This document shows positions 32,727 through 35,108 of a stretch of DNA of 35,108 bases, one piece after another. A program made the position numbers and the translations under genes. A model generated the notes under the pieces. The model saw only the letters and a program-made list of their open reading frames with translations, had not been told where the DNA came from and ran no database searches. Source of the stretch: a virus. Lineage: Duplodnaviria; Caudoviricetes. The stretch spans positions 1 to 35,108 of the IMG/VR virus record IMGVR_UViG_3300037045_000078; one strand, given 5' to 3'. The stretch's first letter is position 1. Every line of letters begins with the position of its first letter.

Positions 32727-34822
32727 GCTGCTCCTCCTGCTGGTGCTGCCATTGCCTTCCGGTAGCCGTTGCCGATGGCCGCCTTCTTTGTCGCTTCCTG
32801 CTGGTACCCGGTCTTCGTGGCAATGATGTCCTTCTCCATGTCGTACCCGGCGCGGATACCACGCAGGGCTGCGTCGTCGCGCTTCACCTTGTCACCCGCC
32901 TTGAGGGATTCGATCTCGGCAGCGAGCTTCTCGTTCACGAGCTGGAGGTTCTCAAGCTTGAGCCTGAGCGCCGCCTCTTCCACCTGGGCCGCTTTGGCCT
33001 GGGCCGCCTTCTGCGCCTCTAACTGCTGGGCAACGTGTTCCTTGATTTCTTCCGGACTCCTGTTCTGGTCTTCCCCCTCGATGCCGAGGATGGGTCTGAT
33101 CCGTGCCATGAGCTGGTCCTTGTTGGGGAGGTTTGATATCTCCATGGCCGCGTTCATGAGGTACGGGATGATCTCTGGCGGGCTCTTCTTCACCCACTCA
33201 ATGAGCATGTTGAGATGCTGCTCCCTCACGGTATCGGTTGCTGGCGCCTCGGAAACCACGCAGTCGAACTTGCCCTGGGTAATGTTGTTGCGCAGCACGA
33301 TCTCACCGACGGGTCCCTGCTCACGCTTGTTCAGGTGCACCCACTTTCTGGCCCCGGTGAGTCTGTCGGTGACCCGCAGGATCTTCTCGCCGCGCCACTG
33401 GCTCTGTATCTCAGGGATGATCAACTCCCCCAAACGCTTTTCGCTCCTTCGCTTATTCCCGAAGATGGGGGCGAGTATCGTGTTGCCCTGCTGCTGCTTG
33501 CGTTCGATAGCTACCCCGCTCACCTGGCTTGACCGGTACCCGAGTGAATCGGCATTCGCCCCGGAGACTTCCTGGATCTCCCGCTCCGACTGGAGCAGCA
33601 GGTCCACCTGGGGGCGATACAACTCGGCCATCTCCTCGACCTTGACGGCGTTGATCTTGCCTTCCTTGACCACGATGAACCCGTCGAGTTTGTTCGCTTC
33701 CTCGTAGATGTCCTGGAGCTTGGTGGCGTCGTCGACGACCTTCTCCTCCACGGTCACGCGCCTGCTCTTGAGCAGCGCCAGTGCCATGGACCGGCGCTTG
33801 TTGATCTCCTCGTTCTGTCCCCGGAGGTTGCGCGGGACGCCATAGGGGTAGTTGAACCGGTCAAGGTAGCCGTAGAAGGGCACGAACGGATATTCGTCGT
33901 GCTTGTACGGGCTGTAACCCCAGTTGAGGACAATGTCGCCGAGGAACGTGATGGTCTTGATCTTCGGAACCTGGGCCTTGACGACCTCCTCTGCCGACAG
34001 GACAGCCTGCCGCAGGTCAAGGGGGTCTGCGTCCCTCGTGAGCTCCAGGGAGTCGCCGTTGGCGAACCTGGCCCACAGTCCTTCCTCGTACACGCAGTAC
34101 CACAGCTCCACGGGCCTCACCCGCTTGCGACCATAGGCATTGATGGCAACCCGCTCCTTCATCTCCTCGATGAGGGTCGACTCGTCAAGGACGACTCCGT
34201 GGGACATGCCCCCTCGCCTGGACATTTCGTGATACTCTTCGAAGGCATCCTTCAGCTCCTGCCGTTTTTCCGGAAACTGCGTTATCAGCCAGTCCAGGTC
34301 CTTCCAAGGCTGGTAATATACGTAGCGGCAACCGTTCGCCGACAGCCACGGGTCGCCGAAGGGGTCCCACCCCATGTCCTTCCAGTCGTGATATTGCACC
34401 CACACACGTTCCTTGCGGGGGTCGGGGTTATGGCTGATTGACAGGAACCCTGCGCCCGGGATGACGCTGTCCTTGAACGCCTGCGATACCAACGACGGGC
34501 CGTTATACTGCTCCATGATGTAGCGTACCGCCTCGGTCATGGTGGTGCTGATCTCGGCATCGTCCTGGGTGCGGCCCTCGATGGTAATGTCGTTCTTGTT
34601 GATCTGCTCGGAACCAAGGAGAAGGTTAACCACGGGGAATGTCCGGTTGATGGTCAGCGGGTCGATACCCGCGTCCTTGGCCTTCCGGTGGTCCTCTTCG
34701 CTCCACTGCTTGCCGTCATAGATCTCGCAGTCCCGCCATGCCTCTGCACGCCACGCCTCGGACACGAGCATGGACTCGTAGACGAAGTCCTGAATTTCTT
34801 TCAGGGTGTAGTCGCCGGTCAT
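32723..34822 (-). CDS. Portal protein, P22/933W-like (699 aa)
   Basis: YDGKQW, LTINR, YPFVPF..YGVPRNL..QNEEINKRRS, SGVAIERKQQQG, C-terminal Q/A-rich helical barrel; follows terminase. Confidence 0.92.
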   Translation of the reverse strand: MTGDYTLKEIQDFVYESMLVSEAWRAEAWRDCEIYDGKQWSEEDHRKAKDAGIDPLTINRTFPVVNLLLGSEQINKNDITIEGRTQDDAEISTTMTEAVRYIMEQYNGPSLVSQAFKDSVIPGAGFLSISHNPDPRKERVWVQYHDWKDMGWDPFGDPWLSANGCRYVYYQPWKDLDWLITQFPEKRQELKDAFEEYHEMSRRGGMSHGVVLDESTLIEEMKERVAINAYGRKRVRPVELWYCVYEEGLWARFANGDSLELTRDADPLDLRQAVLSAEEVVKAQVPKIKTITFLGDIVLNWGYSPYKHDEYPFVPFYGYLDRFNYPYGVPRNLRGQNEEINKRRSMALALLKSRRVTVEEKVVDDATKLQDIYEEANKLDGFIVVKEGKINAVKVEEMAELYRPQVDLLLQSEREIQEVSGANADSLGYRSSQVSGVAIERKQQQGNTILAPIFGNKRRSEKRLGELIIPEIQSQWRGEKILRVTDRLTGARKWVHLNKREQGPVGEIVLRNNITQGKFDCVVSEAPATDTVREQHLNMLIEWVKKSPPEIIPYLMNAAMEISNLPNKDQLMARIRPILGIEGEDQNRSPEEIKEHVAQQLEAQKAAQAKAAQVEEAALRLKLENLQLVNEKLAAEIESLKAGDKVKRDDAALRGIRAGYDMEKDIIATKTGYQQEATKKAAIGNGYRKAMAAPAGGAA

Positions 34823-35108
34823 CGGCTCCTCCTGGGCACAAAACCCGAATTGCTTTTTCTCCCGATGTCGGATGACACCACTGCGAAGACCTCGAAGGCG
34901 TCAGCAGGGTTGCTCGCCCAATCGTGGAGCGGATCGTTCTTGTAGCAGCCGTTCCTGTCATCCCACACTTTTCTATACGCTTCGAGTCCATTGATCCCGT
35001 CGTTACACCTGGCCTCGTCGAACCAGCAGTGCTGAAGGATGTTCCGCGCCGCCTCGATCTGATCGGCCTTGGCCAATTTCGGGGCGACACAGAACGATAT
35101 GCCATAGG
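34819..35108 (-). CDS. terL: Terminase large subunit, C-terminal nuclease part (partial)
   Basis: Frame is open to the window edge: YGISFCVAPKL..IEAAR..CWFD..C..G..L..YRK.WD..PLHDWASNPADAF. Confidence 0.9.
   Translation of the reverse strand, partial: YGISFCVAPKLAKADQIEAARNILQHCWFDEARCNDGINGLEAYRKVWDDRNGCYKNDPLHDWASNPADAFEVFAVVSSDIGRKSNSGFVPRRSR

Larger units (their letters stand above)
1..35108 (-). mobile_element. Late region of a podovirus-like phage/prophage (P22/933W-type portal, N4-gp56-type capsid, giant ejection protein)
   Basis: Co-oriented, tightly packed terminase, portal, lysis, capsid, tail and ejection genes with ATGA/TGATG overlaps. No tape measure or sheath gene. No integrase or att site is in view, so free phage versus prophage cannot be decided. 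Confidence 0.95.

Noticed and set aside
17108-33707. Long plus-strand ORFs (17108..17938, 18833..19687, 23930..25273, 29859..30710, 32769..33707)
   Set aside because: Antisense shadows of GC-rich minus-strand genes; no recognisable motifs.
1-35108. CRISPR array, tRNA, rRNA, integrase, intron or intein
   Set aside because: No such repeat, cloverleaf or motif was seen by eye; a dedicated scan would be needed to exclude them fully.
1-35108. Genome-wide alternative genetic code
   Set aside because: Long genes are intact under code 11, and TAA, TGA and TAG all end genes that are followed by SD-led starts.

Overview
The whole window is the late (packaging, lysis, virion) region of a podovirus-type tailed phage or prophage. 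Every credible gene is on the minus strand. In reading order (right to left): terminase large subunit C-terminus; P22/933W-like portal; a lysis/accessory cassette (secreted Fn3-like protein, membrane proteins, a start-less CxxC..CxxC frame, GH108 endolysin, LL-H-type holin); a structured leader; scaffold; N4-gp56-family major capsid protein; decoration/head proteins; head-tail adaptor; tail nozzle; a modular tail-fibre kit; two ejection-type proteins; and a 5117-aa polyvalent protein. That protein carries an N6-adenine methyltransferase, a Strawberry-notch SF2 helicase, JAB/RadC, a zincin-like motif and an LPD-like helical C-terminus (DarB-like). The most striking unexplained signal is inside the giant gene. 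Three small same-strand ORFs (40, 109 and 59 aa), all in the +1 frame, sit in inter-domain linkers. Each is preceded by a TTGACA-led sigma70-type promoter, and has either a strong Shine-Dalgarno site or a leaderless start. This looks like a hidden, separately expressed gene set nested in an injected effector gene; its function (e.g. antidote/immunity) is inference only. Family calls come from motif recognition, not database searches.
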